Positions 29,101-45,300 are shown, counted from the first letter of the stretch. The stretch is DNA of 64,000 bases from Lingula anatina (GCA_051362555.1 CM120640.1:30585967-30649966); one strand, 5' to 3'. Translations and numbers: made by a program. The notes: generated from the letters alone by a model not told the origin.

Positions 29101-32100
29101 ATATTTCAATATTGCAATGTATTATTTACTCTGAAAGTAAACAGCAAATGTGATGATTTGAGGTTGTTTGTGTAAGAGGTTGCAAATTACCTATAACTGT
29201 CATCTGGAAAACAATATATACCATACAAGAGTTCTCCTTACTACCTCTGCAAGATGCAGATTAGTCCTTTCTGGAAGGGGTTGTTGTTATCACAATACTC
29301 AACAAGGCCCTAAATCTTGCCAAATATCATGTATTGTACACATGGAGAAGACACAGTGCTACTCTTTGTAGTATCTTTCACTAACTGCTTTTTAAGCTTT
29401 TTCATGGTGAGGGTACTCTGAAACAAGAACAATATAACTGAAAGGACTGAAAATTACATTTGAAAAGAAAGACAAATTTGGTGACTTAATTAAAATAATT
29501 AAACGTTAATAATTTTGTCAAATCTGGACCAATATTTCTGAAATTTGAACAAATGATGCTTAACAACAATAAAAATCAGTGATAAGCTGATCAGTCGTCT
29601 GTGTCTAATGAAAAGTGTTTTTTTGGACAACATATTTGGGAAAACTGAAAATTACATTGAAAAGACTGGCAAAACCCAGACCTTAAAATAGTTAAACATT
29701 AATAATTTTGTCAAATCTTGTGGAATATTTCTGAAATTTGTACAAATGATGCTTAACAATAATAAAAATCTGTGATAAGCTGATCAGTTGTCTGTTTCTA
29801 ATGAAAAGTTTTTTTAGGACAATATATTTGCGAAAACCAAAAATTACATTGAAAAGACTGGGAATTCGCAGGACTTGAAATAGTTAAACGTTAATCATTT
29901 TGTCAAATCTAGTCCAATATTTCTGAAATTTGTACAAATGATGCTTAACAACAATAAAAATCTGTGATAAGCTGATCAGTTGTCTGTGTCTAATGAAAAG
30001 TGTTTTTTGGGACAACATATTTGGGAAAACTGAAAATTACATTGAAAAGACTGGGAAAACCCAGACCTTAAAATAGTTAAACGTTAATAATTTTGTCAAA
30101 TCTTGTGGAATATTTCTGAAATTTGTACAAATGATGCTTAACAACAATAAAAATCTGTGATAAGCTGATCAGTTGTCTGTATTGAATGAAAAGTGTTTTT
30201 TGGGACAACATATTTGGGAAAACTGAAAATTACATTGAAAAGACTGGCAAAACCCAGACCTCAAAATAGTTAAACGTTAATAATTTTGTCAAATCTGGTG
30301 GAATATTTCTGAAATTTGTACAAATGATGCTTAACAATAATAAAAATCTGTGATAAGCTGATCAGTTATCTGAGTCTTTTCTTTTAAGTGTCAAGTGTAT
30401 GGGAAATTGATCATCAGAAGAGTGAGAATTAACCAAAACAAATATTTCAATATTGCAATGTATTATTAACTCTGAAAGTAAACAGCAAATGTGATGATTT
30501 GAGGTTGTTTGTGTAAGAGGTTGCAAATTACCTATAACTGTCATCTGGAAAACATTATATACCCATACAAGAGTTCTCCTTACTACCTCTGCAAGATGCA
30601 GATTAGTCCTTTCTGGAAGGGGTTGTTGTTATCACAATACTCAACAAGGCCCTAAATCTTGCCTATATCATGTATTGTACACATGGAGAAGACACAGTGC
30701 TACTCTTGGTGGTATCTTTCACTAACTGCTTTTTAAGCTTTTTCATGGTGAGGGTACTCTGAAACAAGAACAATATAACTGAAAGGACTGAAAATTACAT
30801 TTGAAAAGAAAGACAAATTTGGTGACTTAATTAAAATAATTAAACGTTAATAATTTTGTCAAATCTGGTCCAATATTTCTGAAATTTGAACAAATGATGC
30901 TTAACAACTATAAAAATCAGTGATAAGCTGATCAGCTGTCTGTGTGTAATGAAAAGTGTTTTTTGGGACAACATATTTGGGAAAACTGAATATTACATTG
31001 AAAAGATTGGGAATTCGCAGGACTTGAAATAGTTAAACGTTAATAATTTTGTCAAATCTAGTCCAATATTTCTGAATTTTGTACAAATAATGCTTAACAA
31101 CAATAAAAGTCTGTGATAAGCTGATCAGCTGTCTGTGTGTAATGAAAAGTGTTTTTTGGGACAACATATTTGGGAAAACTGAATATTACATTGAAAAGAC
31201 TGGGAATTCGCAGGACTTGAAATAGTTAAACGTTAATAATTTTGTTAAATCTTGTCCTATATTTCTGAAATTTGTACAAATGATGCTTAACAACAATAGA
31301 AATCTGTGATAAGCTGATCAGTTGTCTGTGTGTAATGAAAAGTGTTTTTTGGGACAACAAATTTGGGAAAACTGAAAATTACATTGAAAAGACTGGCAAA
31401 TCCCAGGCCTTAAAATAGTTAAACATTAATAATTTTGTCAAATTTTGTCCTATATTTCTGAAATTTGGACAAATGATGCTTAACAAAAATAGAAATCTGT
31501 GATAAGCTGATCAGTTGTATGTATTGAATGAAAAGTGTTTTTTAGGACAATATATTTGCAAAAACCAAAAAATACATTGAAAATACTGGGAATTCGCAGG
31601 ACTTGAAATAGTTAAACGTTAATAATTTATTCAAATCTTGTCTTATATTTCTGAAATTTGTACAAATGATGCTTAACAACAATAGAAATCTGTGATAAGC
31701 TGATCAAATGTCTGTATTGAATGAAAAGTGTTTTTTGGGACAACAAATTTGGGAAAACTGAAAATTACATTGAAAAGACTGGTAAATCCCAGGCCTTAAA
31801 ATAGTTAAACGTTAATAATTTTGTCAAATTTTGTCCTATATTTCTGAAATTTGTACAAATGATGCTTAACAAAAAAAAGAAATCTGAGAAAAGCTGACAG
31901 TTGTTTGTATTGAATGAAAAGTGTTTTTTAGGACAATATATTTGTGAAAACCAAAAATTACATTGAAAAGACTGGCAAAACCCAGACCTCAAATAGTTAA
32001 ACGTTAATAATTTTGTCAAATCTGGTGGAATATTTCTGAAATTTGTACAAATGATGCTTAACAATAATAAAAATCTGTGATAAGCTGATCAGTTATCTGA

Positions 32101-35100
32101 GTCTTTTTCTTTAAGTGTCAAGTGTATGGGAAATTGATCATCAGAAGAGTGAGAATTAACCAAAACAAATATTTCAATATTGCAATGTATTATTTACTCT
32201 GAAAGTAAACAGCAAATGTGATGATTTGAGGTTGTTTGTGTAAGAGGTTGCAAATTACCTATAACTGTCATCTGGAAAACAATATATACCATACAAGAGT
32301 TCTCCTTACTACCTCTGCAAGATGCAGATTAGTCCTTTCTGGAAGGGGTTGTTGTTATCACAATACTCAACAAGGCCCTAAATCTTGCCTATATCATGTA
32401 TTGTACACATGGAGAAGACACAGTGCTACTCTTGGTGGTATCTTTCACTAACTGCTTTTTAAGCTTTTTCATGGTGAGGGTACTCTGAAACAAGAACAAT
32501 ATAACTGAAAGGACTGAAAATTACATTTGAAAAGAAAGACAAATTTGGTGACTTAATTAAAATAATTAAACGTTAATAATTTTGTCAAATCTGGTCCAAT
32601 ATTTCTGAAATTTGAACAAATGATGCTTAACAACTATAAAAATCAGTGATAAGCTGATCAGCTGTCTGTGTGTAATGAAAAGTGTTTTTTGGGACAACAT
32701 ATTTGGGAAAACTGAATATTACATTGAAAAGACTGGGAATTCGCAGGACTTGAAATAGTTAAACGTTAATAATTTTGTCAAATCTAGTCCAATATTTCTG
32801 AAATTTGTACAAATAATGCTTAACAACAATAAAAGTCTGTGATAAGCTGATCAGCTGTCTGTGTGTAATGAAAAGTGTTTTTTGGGACAACATATTTGGG
32901 AAAACTGAATATTACATTGAAAAGACTGGGAATTCGCAGGACTTGAAATAGTTAAACGTTAATAATTTTCTTAAATCTTGTCCTATATTTCTGAAATTTG
33001 TACAAATGATGCTTAACAACAATAGAAATCTGTGATAAGCTGATCAGTTGTCTGTGTGTAATGAAAAGTGTTTTTTGGGACAACAAATTTGGGAAAACTG
33101 AAAATTACATTGAAAAGACTGGCAAATCCCAGGCCTTAAAATAGTTAAACATTAATAATTTTGTCAAATTTTGTCCTATATTTCTGAAATTTGGACAAAT
33201 GATGCTTAACAAAAATAGAAATCTGTGATAAGCTGATCAGTTGTATGTATTGAATGAAAAGTGTTTTTTAGGACAATATATTTGCAAAAACCAAAAAATA
33301 CATTGAAAATACTGGGAATTCGCAGGACTTGAAATAGTTAAACGTTTATAATTTTGTCAAATCTTGTCTTATATTTCTGAAATTTGTACAAATGATGCTT
33401 ATCAACAATAGAAATCGGTGATAAGCTGATCAAATGTCTGTATTGAATAAAAAGTGTTTTTTGGGACAACAAATTTGGGAAAACTGAAAATTACATTGAA
33501 AAGACTAGTAAATCCCAGGCCTTAAAATAGTTAAACGTTAATAATTTTGTCAAATTTTGTCCTATATTTCTGAAATTTGTACAAATGATGCTTAACAAAA
33601 AAAGAAATCTGAGAAAAGCTGATCAGTTGTTTGTATTGAATGAAAAGTGTTTTTTAGGACAATATATTTGTGAAAACCAAAAATTACATTGAAAAGACTG
33701 GCAAAACCCAGACCTCAAATAGTTAAACGTTAATAATTTTGTCAAATCTGGTGGAATATTTCTGAAATTTGTACAAATGATGCTTAACAATAATAAAAAT
33801 CTGTGATTAGCTGATCAGTTATCTGAGTCTTTTCTTTTAAGTGTCAAGTGTATGGGAAATTGATCATCAGAAGAGTGAGAATTAACCAAAACAAATATTT
33901 CAATATTGCAATGTATTATTTACTCTGAAAGTAAACAGCAAATGTGATGATTTGAGGTTGTTTGTGTAAGAGGTTGCAAATTACCTATAACTGTCATCTG
34001 GAAAACAATATATACCCATACAAGAGTTCTCCTTACTACCTCTGCAAGATGCAGATTAGTCCTTTCTGGAAGGGGTTGTTGTTATCACAATACTCAACAA
34101 GGCCCTAAATCTTGCCAAATATCATGTATTGTACACATGGAGAAGACACAGTGCTACTCTTTGTGGTATCTTTCACTAACTGCTTTTTAAGCTTTTTCAT
34201 GGTGAGGGTACTCTGAAACAAGAACAATATAACTGAAAGGACTGAAAATTACATTTGAAAAGAAAGACAAATTTGGTGACTTAATTAAAATAATTAAACG
34301 TTAATAATTTTGTCAAATCTGGTCTAATATTTCTGAAATTTGTACAAATTATGCTTAACAACAATAGAAATCTGTGATAAGCTGATCAGTTGTTTGTATA
34401 GAATGAAAAGTGTTTTAAATATATTTGCGAAAACCAAAAATTACATTGAAAAGACTGGGAATTCGCAGGACTTGAAATAGTTAAACATTAATAATTTTGT
34501 CAAATCAATTCCAATATTTATGAAATTTGTACAAATGATGCTTAACAACAATAAAAATCTGTGATATGCTGATCAGTTGTCTGTGTGTAATAAAAAGTGT
34601 TTTTTGGGACAACAAATTTGGGAAAACTGAAAATTACATTGAAAAGACTGGTAAATCCCAGGCCTTAAAATAGTTAAACGTTAATAATTTTGTCAAATTT
34701 TGTCCTATATTTCTAAAATTTGTACAAATGATGCTTAACAACAATAGAAGTTTGTGATAAGCTGATCAGTTGTCTGTATTGAATGAAAAGTGTTTTTTAA
34801 GACAATGTATTTGCGAAAAACCAAAAATTACATTGAAAAGACTGGGAATTCGCAGGACTTGAAATAGTGAAACGTTAATAATTTTGTCAAATCTAGTCCA
34901 ATATTTATGAAATTTGTACAAATGATGCTTAACAACAATAAAAATCTGTGATAAGCTGATCAGTTGTCTGTGTCTAATGAAAAGTGTTTTTTGGGACAAC
35001 ATATTTGGGAAAACTGAAAATTACATTGAAAAGACTGGGAAAACCCAGACCTTAAAATAGTTAAACGTTAATAATTTTGTCAAATCTTGTGGAATATTTC

Positions 35101-38100
35101 TGAAATTTGTACAAATGATGCTTAACAACAATAAAAATCTGTGATAAGCTGATCAGTTGTCTGTATTGAATGAAAAGTGTTTTTTGGGACAACATATTTG
35201 GGAAAACTGAAAATTACATTGAAAAGACTGGCAAAACCCAGACCTCAAAATAGTTAAACGTTAATAATTTTGTCAAATCTGGTGGAATATTTCTGAAATT
35301 TGTACAAATGATGCTTAACAATAATAAAAATCTGTGATAAGCTGATCAGTTATCTGAGTCTTTTCTTTTAAGTGTCAAGTGTATGGGAAATTGATCATCA
35401 GAAGAGTGAGAATTAACCAAAACAAATATTTCAATATTGCAATGTATTATTTACTCTGAAAGTAAACAGCAAATGTGATGATTTGAGGTTGTTTGTGTAA
35501 GAGGTTGCAAATTACCTATAACTGTCATCTGGAAAACAATATATACCATACAAGAGTTCTCCTTACTACCTCTGCAAGATGCAGATTAGTCCTTTCTGGA
35601 AGGGGTTGTTGTTATCACAATACTCAACAAGGCCCTAAATCTTGCCTATATCATGTATTGTACACATGGAGAAGACACAGTGCTACTCTTGGTGGTATCT
35701 TTCACTAACTGCTTTTTAAGCTTTTTCATGGTAAGGGTACTCTGAAACAAGAACAATATAACTGAAAGGACTGAAAATTACATTTGAAAAGAAAGACAAA
35801 TTTGGTGACTTAATTAAAATAATTAAACGTTAATAATTTTGTCAAATCTGGTCCAATATTTCTGAAATTTGAACAAATGATGCTTAACAACTATAAAAAT
35901 CAGTGATAAGCTGATCAGCTGTCTGTGTGTAATGAAAAGTGTTTTTTGGGACAACATATTTGGGAAAACTGAATATTACATTGAAAAGACTGGGAATTCG
36001 CAGGACTTGAAATAGTTAAACGTTAATAATTTTGTCAAATCTAGTCCAATATTTCTGAAATTTTTACAAATAATGCTTAACAACAATAAAAGTCTGTGAT
36101 AAGCTGATCAGCTGTCTGTGTGTAATGAAAAGTGTTTTTTGGGACAACATATTTGGGAAAACTGAATATTACATTGAAAAGACTGGGAATTCGCAGGACT
36201 TGAAATAGTTAAACGTTAATAATTTTGTTAAATCTTGTCCTATATTTCTGAAATTTGTACAAATGATGCTTAACAACAATAGAAATCTGTGATAAGCTGA
36301 TCAGTTGTCTGTGTGTAATGAAAAGTGTTTTTTGGGACAACAAATTTGGGAAAACTGAAAATTACATTGAAAAGACTGGCAAATCCCAGGCCTTAAAATA
36401 GTTAAACATTAATAATTTTGTCAAATTTTGTCCTATATTTCTGAAATTTGGACAAATGATGCTTAACAAAAATAGAAATCTGTGATAAGCTGATCAGTTG
36501 TATGTATTGAATGAAAAGTGTTTTTTAGGACAATATATTTGCAAAAACCAAAAAATACATTGAAAATACTGGGAATTCGCAGGACTTGAAATAGTTAAAC
36601 GTTAATAATTTTGTCAAATCTTGTCTTATATTTCTGAAATTTGTACAAATGATGCTTAACAACAATAGAAATCTGTGATAAGCTGATCAAATGTCTGTAT
36701 TGAATGAAAAGTGTTTTTTGGGACAACAAATTTGGGAAAACTGAAAATTACATTGAAAAGACTGGTAAATCCCAGGCCTTAAAATAGTTAAACGTTAATA
36801 ATTTTGTCAAATTTTGTCCTATATTTCTGAAATTTGTACAAATGATGCTTAACAAAAAAAGAAATCTGAGAAAAGCTGATCAGTTGTTTGTATTGAATGA
36901 AAAGTGTTTTTTAGGACAATATATTTGTGAAAACCAAAAATTACATTGAAAAGACTGGCAAAACCCAGACCTCAAATAGTTAAACGTTAATAATTTTGTC
37001 AAATCTGGTGGAATATTTCTGAAATTTGTACAAATGATGCTTAACAATAATAAAAATCTGTGATAAGCTGATCAGTTATCTGAGTCTTTTCTTTTAAGTG
37101 TCAAGTGTATGGGAAATTGATCATCAGAAGAGTGAGAATTAACCAAAACAAATATTTCAATATTGCAATGTATTATTTACTCTGAAAGTAAACAGCAAAT
37201 GTGATGATTTGAGGTTGTTTGTGTAAGAGGTTGCAAATTACCTATAACTGTCATCTGGAAAACAATATATACCCATACAAGAGTTCTCCTTACTACCTCT
37301 GCAAGATGCAGATTAGTCCTTTCTGGAAGGGGTTGTTGTTATCACAATACTCAACAAGGCCCTAAATCTTGCCAAATATCATGTATTGTACACATGGAGA
37401 AGACACAGTGCTGCTCTTGGTGGTATCTTTCACTAACTGCTTTTTAAGCTTTTTCATGGTGAGGGTACTCTGAAACAAGAACAATATAACTGAAAGGACT
37501 GAAAATTACATTTGAAAAGAATGACAAATTCGGTGACTTAATTAAAATAATTAAACGTTAATAATTTTGTCAAATCCTAATAATTAAACGTTAATAATTT
37601 TGTCAAATCTGGTCTAATATTTCTGAAATTTGTACAAATTATGCTTAACAACAATAGAAATCTGTGATAAGCTGATCAGTTGTTTGTATAGAATGAAAAG
37701 TGTTTTAAATATATTTGCGAAAACCAAAAATTACATTGAAAAGACTGGGAATTCGCAGGACTTGAAATAGTTAAACATTAATAATTTTGTCAAATCAATT
37801 CCAATATTTATGAAATTTGTACAAATGATGCTTAACAACAATAAAAATCTGTGATATGCTGATCAGTTGTCTGTGTGTAATAAAAAGTGTTTTTTGGGAC
37901 AACAAATTTGGGAAAACTGAAAATTACATTGAAAAGACTGGTAAATCCCAGGCCTTAAAATAGTTAAACGTTAATAATTTTGTCAAATTTTGTCCTATAT
38001 TTCTAAAATTTGTACAAATGATGCTTAACAACAATAGAAGTTTGTGATAAGCTGATCAGTTGTCTGTATTGAATGAAAAGTGTTTTTTAAGACAATGTAT

Positions 38101-41100
38101 TTGTGAAAAACCAAAAATTACATTGAAAAGACTGGGAATTCGCAGGACTTGAAATAGTGAAACGTTAATAATTTTGTCAAATCTAGTCCAATATTTATGA
38201 AATTTGTACAAATGATGCTTAACAACAATAAAAATCTGTGATAAGCTGATCAGTTGTCTGTGTCTAATGAAAAGTGTTTTTTGGGACAACATATTTGGGA
38301 AAACTGAAAATTACATTGAAAAGACTGGGAATTCGCAGGACTTGAAATAGTGAAACGTTAATAATTTTGTCAAATCTGGTGGAATATTTCTGAAATTTGT
38401 ACAAATGATGCTTAACAATAATAAAAATCTGTGATAAGCTGATCAGTTATCTGAGTCTTTTCTTTTAAGTGTCAAGTGTATGGGAAATTGATCATCAGAA
38501 GAGTGAGAATTAACCAAAACAAATATTTCAATATTGCAATGTATTATTTACTCTGAAAGTAAACAGCAAATGTGATGATTTGAGGTTGTTTGTGTAAGAG
38601 GTTGCAAATTACCTAATAATTAAACGTTAATAATTTTGTCAAATCTGGTCTAATATTTCTGAAATTTGTACAAATTATGCTTAACAACAATAGAAATCTG
38701 TGATAAGCTGATCAGTTGTCTGTGTGTAATGAAAAGTGTTTTTTGGGACAACAAATTTGGGAAAACTGAAAATTACATTGAAACGACTGGCAAATCCCAG
38801 GCCTTAAAATAGTTAAACATTAATAATTTTGTCAAATTTTGTCCTATATTTCTGAAATTTGGACAAATGATGCTTAACAAAAATAGAAATCTGTGATAAG
38901 CTGATCAGTTGTATGTATTGAATGAAAAGTGTTTTTTAGGACAATATATTTGCAAAAACCAAAAAATACATTGAAAATACTGGGAATTCGCAGGACTTGA
39001 AATAGTTAAACGTTAATCATTTTGTCAAATCTAGTCCAATATTTATGAAATTTGTACAAATGATGCTTAACAACAATAAAAATCTGTGATAATCTGATCA
39101 GTTGTCTGTGTCTAATGAAAAGTGTTTTTTGGGACAACATATTTGGGAAAACTGAAAATTACATTGAAAAGACTAGCAAAACCCAGGCCTTAAAATAGTT
39201 AAACGTTAATAATTTTGTCAAATCTTGTCCTATATTTCTGAAATTTGTACAAATGATGCTTAACAATAATAAAAATCTGTGATAAGCTGATCAGTTATCT
39301 GAGTCTTTTTCTTTAAGTGTCAAGTGTATGGGAAATTGATCATCAGAAGAGTGAGAATTAACCAAAACAAATATTTCAATATTGCAATGTATTATTTACT
39401 CTGAAAGTAAACAGCAAATGTGATGATTTGAGGTTGTTTGTGTAAGAGGTTGCAAATTACCTATAACTGTCATCTGGAAAACAATATATACCATACAAGA
39501 GTTCTCCTTACTACCTCTGCAAGATGCAGATTAGTCCTTTCTGGAAGGGGTTGTTGTTATCACAATACTCAACAAGGCCCTAAATCTTGCCTATATCATG
39601 TATTGTACACATGGAGAAGACACAGTGCTACTCTTGGTGGTATCTTTCACTAACTGCTTTTTAAGCTTTTTCATGGTTAGGGTACTCTGAAACAAGAACA
39701 ATATAACTGAAAGGACTGAAAATTACATTTGAAAAGAAAGACAAATTTGGTGACTTAATTAAAATAATTAAACGTTAATAATTTTGTCAAATCTGGTCCA
39801 ATATTTCTGAAATTTGAACAAATGATGCTTAACAACTATAAAAATCAGTGATAAGCTGATCAGCTGTCTGTGTGTAATGAAAAGTGTTTTTTGGGACAAC
39901 ATATTTGGGAAAACTGAATATTACATTGAAAAGACTGGGAATTCGCAGGACTTGAAATAGTTAAACGTTAATAATTTTGTCAAATCTAGTCCAATATTTC
40001 TGAAATTTGTACAAATAATGCTTAACAACAATAAAAGTCTGTGATAAGCTGATCAGCTGTCTGTGTGTAATGAAAAGTGTTTTTTGGGACAACATATTTG
40101 GGAAAACTGAATATTACATTGAAAAGACTGGGAATTCGCAGGACTTGAAATAGTTAAACGTTAATAATTTTGTTAAATCTTGTCCTATATTTCTGAAATT
40201 TGTACAAATGATGCTTAACAACAATAGAAATCTGTGATAAGCTGATCAGTTGTCTGTGTGTAATGAAAAGTGTTTTTTGGGACAACAAATTTGGGAAAAC
40301 TGAAAATTACATTGAAAAGACTGGCAAATCCCAGGCCTTAAAATAGTTAAACATTAATAATTTTGTCAAATTTTGTCCTATATTTCTGAAATTTGGACAA
40401 ATGATGCTTAACAAAAATAGAAATCTGTGATAAGCTGATCAGTTGTATGTATTGAATGAAAAGTGTTTTTTAGGACAATATATTTGCAAAAACCAAAAAA
40501 TACATTGAAAATACTGGGAATTCGCAGGACTTGAAATAGTTAAACGTTAATAATTTTGTCAAATCTGGTCTAATATTTCTGAAATTTGTACAAATTATGC
40601 TTAACAACAATAGAAATCTGTGATAAGCTGATCAGTTGTTTGTATAGAATGAAAAGTGTTTTAAATATATTTGCGAAAACCAAAAATTACATTGAAAAGA
40701 CTGGGAATTCGCAGGACTTGAAATAGTTAAACATTAATAATTTTGTCAAATCAATTCCAATATTTATGAAATTTGTACAAATGATGCTTAACAACAATAA
40801 AAATCTGTGATATGCTGATCAGTTGTCTGTGTGTAATAAAAAGTGTTTTTTGGGACAACAAATTTGGGAAAACTGAAAATTACATTGAAAAGACTGGTAA
40901 ATCCCAGGCCTTAAAATAGTTAAACGTTAATAATTTTGTCAAATTTTGTCCTATATTTCTAAAATTTGTACAAATGATGCTTAACAACAATAGAAGTTTG
41001 TGATAAGCTGATCAGTTGTCTGTATTGAATGAAAAGTGTTTTTTAAGACAATGTATTTGTGAAAAACCAAAAATTACATTGAAAAGACTGGGAATTCGCA

Positions 41101-42359
41101 GGACTTGAAATAGTGAAACGTTAATAATTTTGTCAAATCTAGTCCAATATTTATGAAATTTGTACAAATGATGCTTAACAACAATAAAAATCTGTGATAA
41201 GCTGATCAGTTGTCTGTGTCTAATGAAAAGTGTTTTTTGGGACAACATATTTGGGAAAACTGAAAATTACATTGAAAAGACTGGCAAAACCCAGACCTCA
41301 AAATAGTTAAACGTTAATAATTTTGTCAAATCTGGTGGAATATTTCTGAAATTTGTACAAATGATGCTTAACAATAATAAAAATCTGTGATAAGCTGATC
41401 AGTTATCTGAGTCTTTTCTTTTAAGTGTCAAGTGTATGGGAAATTGATCATCAGAAGAGTGAGAATTAACCAAAACAAATATTTCAATATTGCAATGTAT
41501 TATTTACTCTGAAAGTAAACAGCAAATGTGATGATTTGAGGTTGTTTGTGTAAGAGGTTGCAAATTACCTATAACTGTCATCTGGAAAACATTATATACC
41601 CATACAAGAGTTCTCCTTACTACCTCTGCAAGATGCAGATTAGTTCTTTCTGGAAGGGGTTGTTGTTATCACAATACTCAACAAGGCCCTAAATCTTGCC
41701 AAATATCATGTATTGTACACATGGAGAAGACACAGTGCTGCTCTTGGTGGTATCTTTCACTAACTGCTTTTTAAGCTTTTTCATGGTGAGGGTACTCTGA
41801 AACAAGAACAATATAATTGAAAGGACTGAAAATTACATTTGAAAAGAATGACAAATTCGGTGACTTAATTAAAATAATTAAACGTTAATAATTTTGTCAA
41901 ATCTGGTCCAATATTTCTGAAATTTGAACAAATGATGCTTAACAACAATAAAAATCAGTGATAAGCTGATCAGTTGTCTGTGTGTAATGAAAAGTGTTTT
42001 TTGGGACAATAAATTTGGGAAAACTGAAAATTACATTGAAACGACTGGCAAATCCCAGGCCTTAAAATAGTTAAACATTAATAATTTTGTCAAATTTTGT
42101 CCTATATTTCTGAAATTTGGACAAATGATGCTTAACAAAAATAGAAATCTGTGATAAGCTGATCAGTTGTATGTATTGAATGAAAAGTGTTTTTTAGGAC
42201 AATATATTTGCAAAAACCAAAAAATACATTGTAAATACTGGGAATTCGCAGGACTTGAAATAGTTAAACGTTAATCATTTTGTCAAATCTAGTCCAATAT
42301 TTATGAAATTTGTACAAATGATGCTTAACAACAATAAAAATCTGTGATAATCTGATCAG

Positions 42360-45300
42360 TTGTCTGTGTCTAATGAAAAGTGTTTTTTGGGACAACATAT
42401 TTGGGAAAACTGAAAATTACATTGAAAAGACTAGCAAAACCCAGGCCTTAAAATAGTTAAACGTTAATAATTTTGTCAAATCTTGTCCTATATTTCTGAA
42501 ATTTGTACAAATGATGCTTAACAATAATAAAAATCTGTGATAAGCTGATCAGTTATCTGAGTCTTTTTCTTTAAGTGTCAAGTGTATGGGAAATTGATCA
42601 TCAGAAGAGTGAGAATTAACCAAAACAAATATTTCAATATTGCAATGTATTATTTACTCTGAAAGTAAACAGCAAATGTGATGATTTGAGGTTGTTTCTG
42701 TAAGAGGTTGCAAATTACCTATAACTGTCATCTGGAAAACAATATTTACCCATACAAGAGTTCTCCCTACTACCTCTGCAAGATGCAGATTACTTCTTTT
42801 TGGAAGGGGTTGTTGTTATCACAATACTCAACAAGTAAATCTTGCCAAAAATCATGTATTGTACACATGGAGAAGACACAGTGCTGCTCTTAGTGGTATC
42901 TTTAACTGCCTGCTTTTTCAGCATTTTCATGGTGAGGGTACTCTGAAACAAGAACAATATAACTGAAAGGACTGAAAATTACATTTCAAAAGAATGACAA
43001 ATTCGGTGACTTAATTAAAATAGTTAAATGTTAACAATTTTGTCAAATCTAGTCCAATATTTCTGAAATTTGTACAAATGATGCTTAACAACAATAAAAA
43101 TCTGTGAAAAGCTGATCAGTTGTCTGTATTGAATGAAAAGTGTTTTTTGGGACAACATAGTTGGGAAAACTGAAAATTACATTGAAAAGCCTGGGAATTT
43201 GCAGGACTTGAAATAGTTAAACATTAATAATTTTGTCTAATCTAGTCCAATATTTATGAAATTTGTACAAATGATGCTTAACAACAATAAAAATCTGTGA
43301 AAAGCTGATCAATTGTCTGTGTCTAATGAAAACTGTTTTTTTGGGACAATATAGTTGGGAAAACTGAAAATCACACTGAAAAGACTGGCAAAACCCAGGC
43401 CTTAAAATAGTTAAACATTAATAATTTTGTCAAATCTTGTCCTATATTTCTGAAATTTGTACAAATGATGCTTAACAATAATAAAAATCTGTGATAAGCT
43501 GATCAGTTATCTGAGTCTTTTTCTTTAAGTGTCAAGTGTATGGGAAATTGATCATCAGAAGAGTGGGAATTAACCAAAACAAATATCTCAATATTGCAAT
43601 GTATTATTTTCTCTGAAAGTAAACAGCAAATGTGATGATTTGAGGTTGTTTGTGTAAGAGGTTGCAAATTACCTATAACTGTCATCTGGAAAACAATATA
43701 TACCCATACAAGAGTTCTCCCTACTACCTCTGCAAGATGCAGATTACTTCTTTCTGGAAGGGGTTGTTGTTATCACAACACTCAACAAGTAAATCTTGCT
43801 AAATATCATGTATTGTACACATGGAGAAGACACAGTGCTGCTCTTAGTGGTATCTTTAACTGCCTGCTTTTTCAGCATTTTCATGGTTAGGGTACTCTGA
43901 AACAAGAACAATATAACTGAAAAGACTGAAAATTACATTTCAAAAGAATGACAAATTCGGTGACTTAATTAAAATAGTTAAACGTTAACAATTTTGTCAA
44001 ATCTAGTCCAATATTTCTGAAATTTGTACAAATGATGCTTAACAACAATTAAAATCTGTGATAAGCTGATCAATTGTCTGTGATTAATGAGAGTGTTTTT
44101 TGGGACAACATAGTTGGGAAAACTGAAAATTACATTGAAAAGACTGGCAAATCCCAGGCCTTAAAATAGTTAAACATTAATAATTTTGTCAAATCTTGTC
44201 CAATATTTCTGAAATTTGTACAAATGATGCTTAACAACAATAGAAATCTGTGATAAGCTGATCAGTTGTCTGTATTGAATGGAAAGTGTTTTTTAGGACA
44301 ATATATTTGCGAAAACCAAAAATTACATTGAAAAGACTGGGAATTCGCAGGACTTCAAATAGTTAAACGGTAATAATTTTGTCAAATCTAGTCCAATATT
44401 TATGAAATTTGTACAAATGATGCTTAACAACAATAAAAATCTGTGATAAGCTGATCAGTTGTCTGTGTCTAATGAAAAGTGTTTTTTGGGACAACATATT
44501 TGGGAAAACTGAAAATTACATTGAAAAGACTAGCAAAACCCAGGCCTTAAAATAGTTAAACGTTAATAATTTTGTCAAATCTTGTCCTATATTTCTGAAA
44601 TTTGTACAAATGATGCTTAACAATAATAAAAATCTGTGATAAGCTGATCAGTTATCTGAGTCTTTTTCTTTAAGTGTCAAGTGTATGGGAAATTGATCAT
44701 CAGAAGAGTGAGAATTAACCAAAACAAATATTTCAATATTGCAATGTATTATTTACTCTGAAAGTAAACAGCAAATGTGATGATTTGAGGTTGTTTGTGT
44801 AAGAGGTTGCAAATTACCTATAACTGTCATCTGGAAAACAATATTTACCCATACAAGAATTCTCCCTACTACCTCTGCAAGATGCAGATTACTTCTTTTT
44901 GGAAGGGGTTGTTGTTATCACAATACTCAACAAGTAAATCTTGCTAAAAATCATGTATTGTACACATGGAGAAGACACAGTGCTGCTCTTAGTGGTATCT
45001 TTAACTGCCTGCTTTTTCAGCATTTTCATGGTGAGGGTACTCTGAAACAAGAACAATATAACTGAAAGGACTGAAAATTACATTTCAAAAGAATGACAAA
45101 TTCGGTGACTTAATTAAAATAGTTAAATGTTAACAATTTTGTCAAATCTAGTCCAATATTTCTGAAATTTGTACAAATGATGCTTAACAACAATAAAAAT
45201 CTGTGAAAAGCTGATCAGTTGTCTGTATTGAATGAAAAGTGTTTTTTGGGACAACATAGTTGGGAAAACTGAAAATTACATTGAAAAGCCTGGGAATTTG

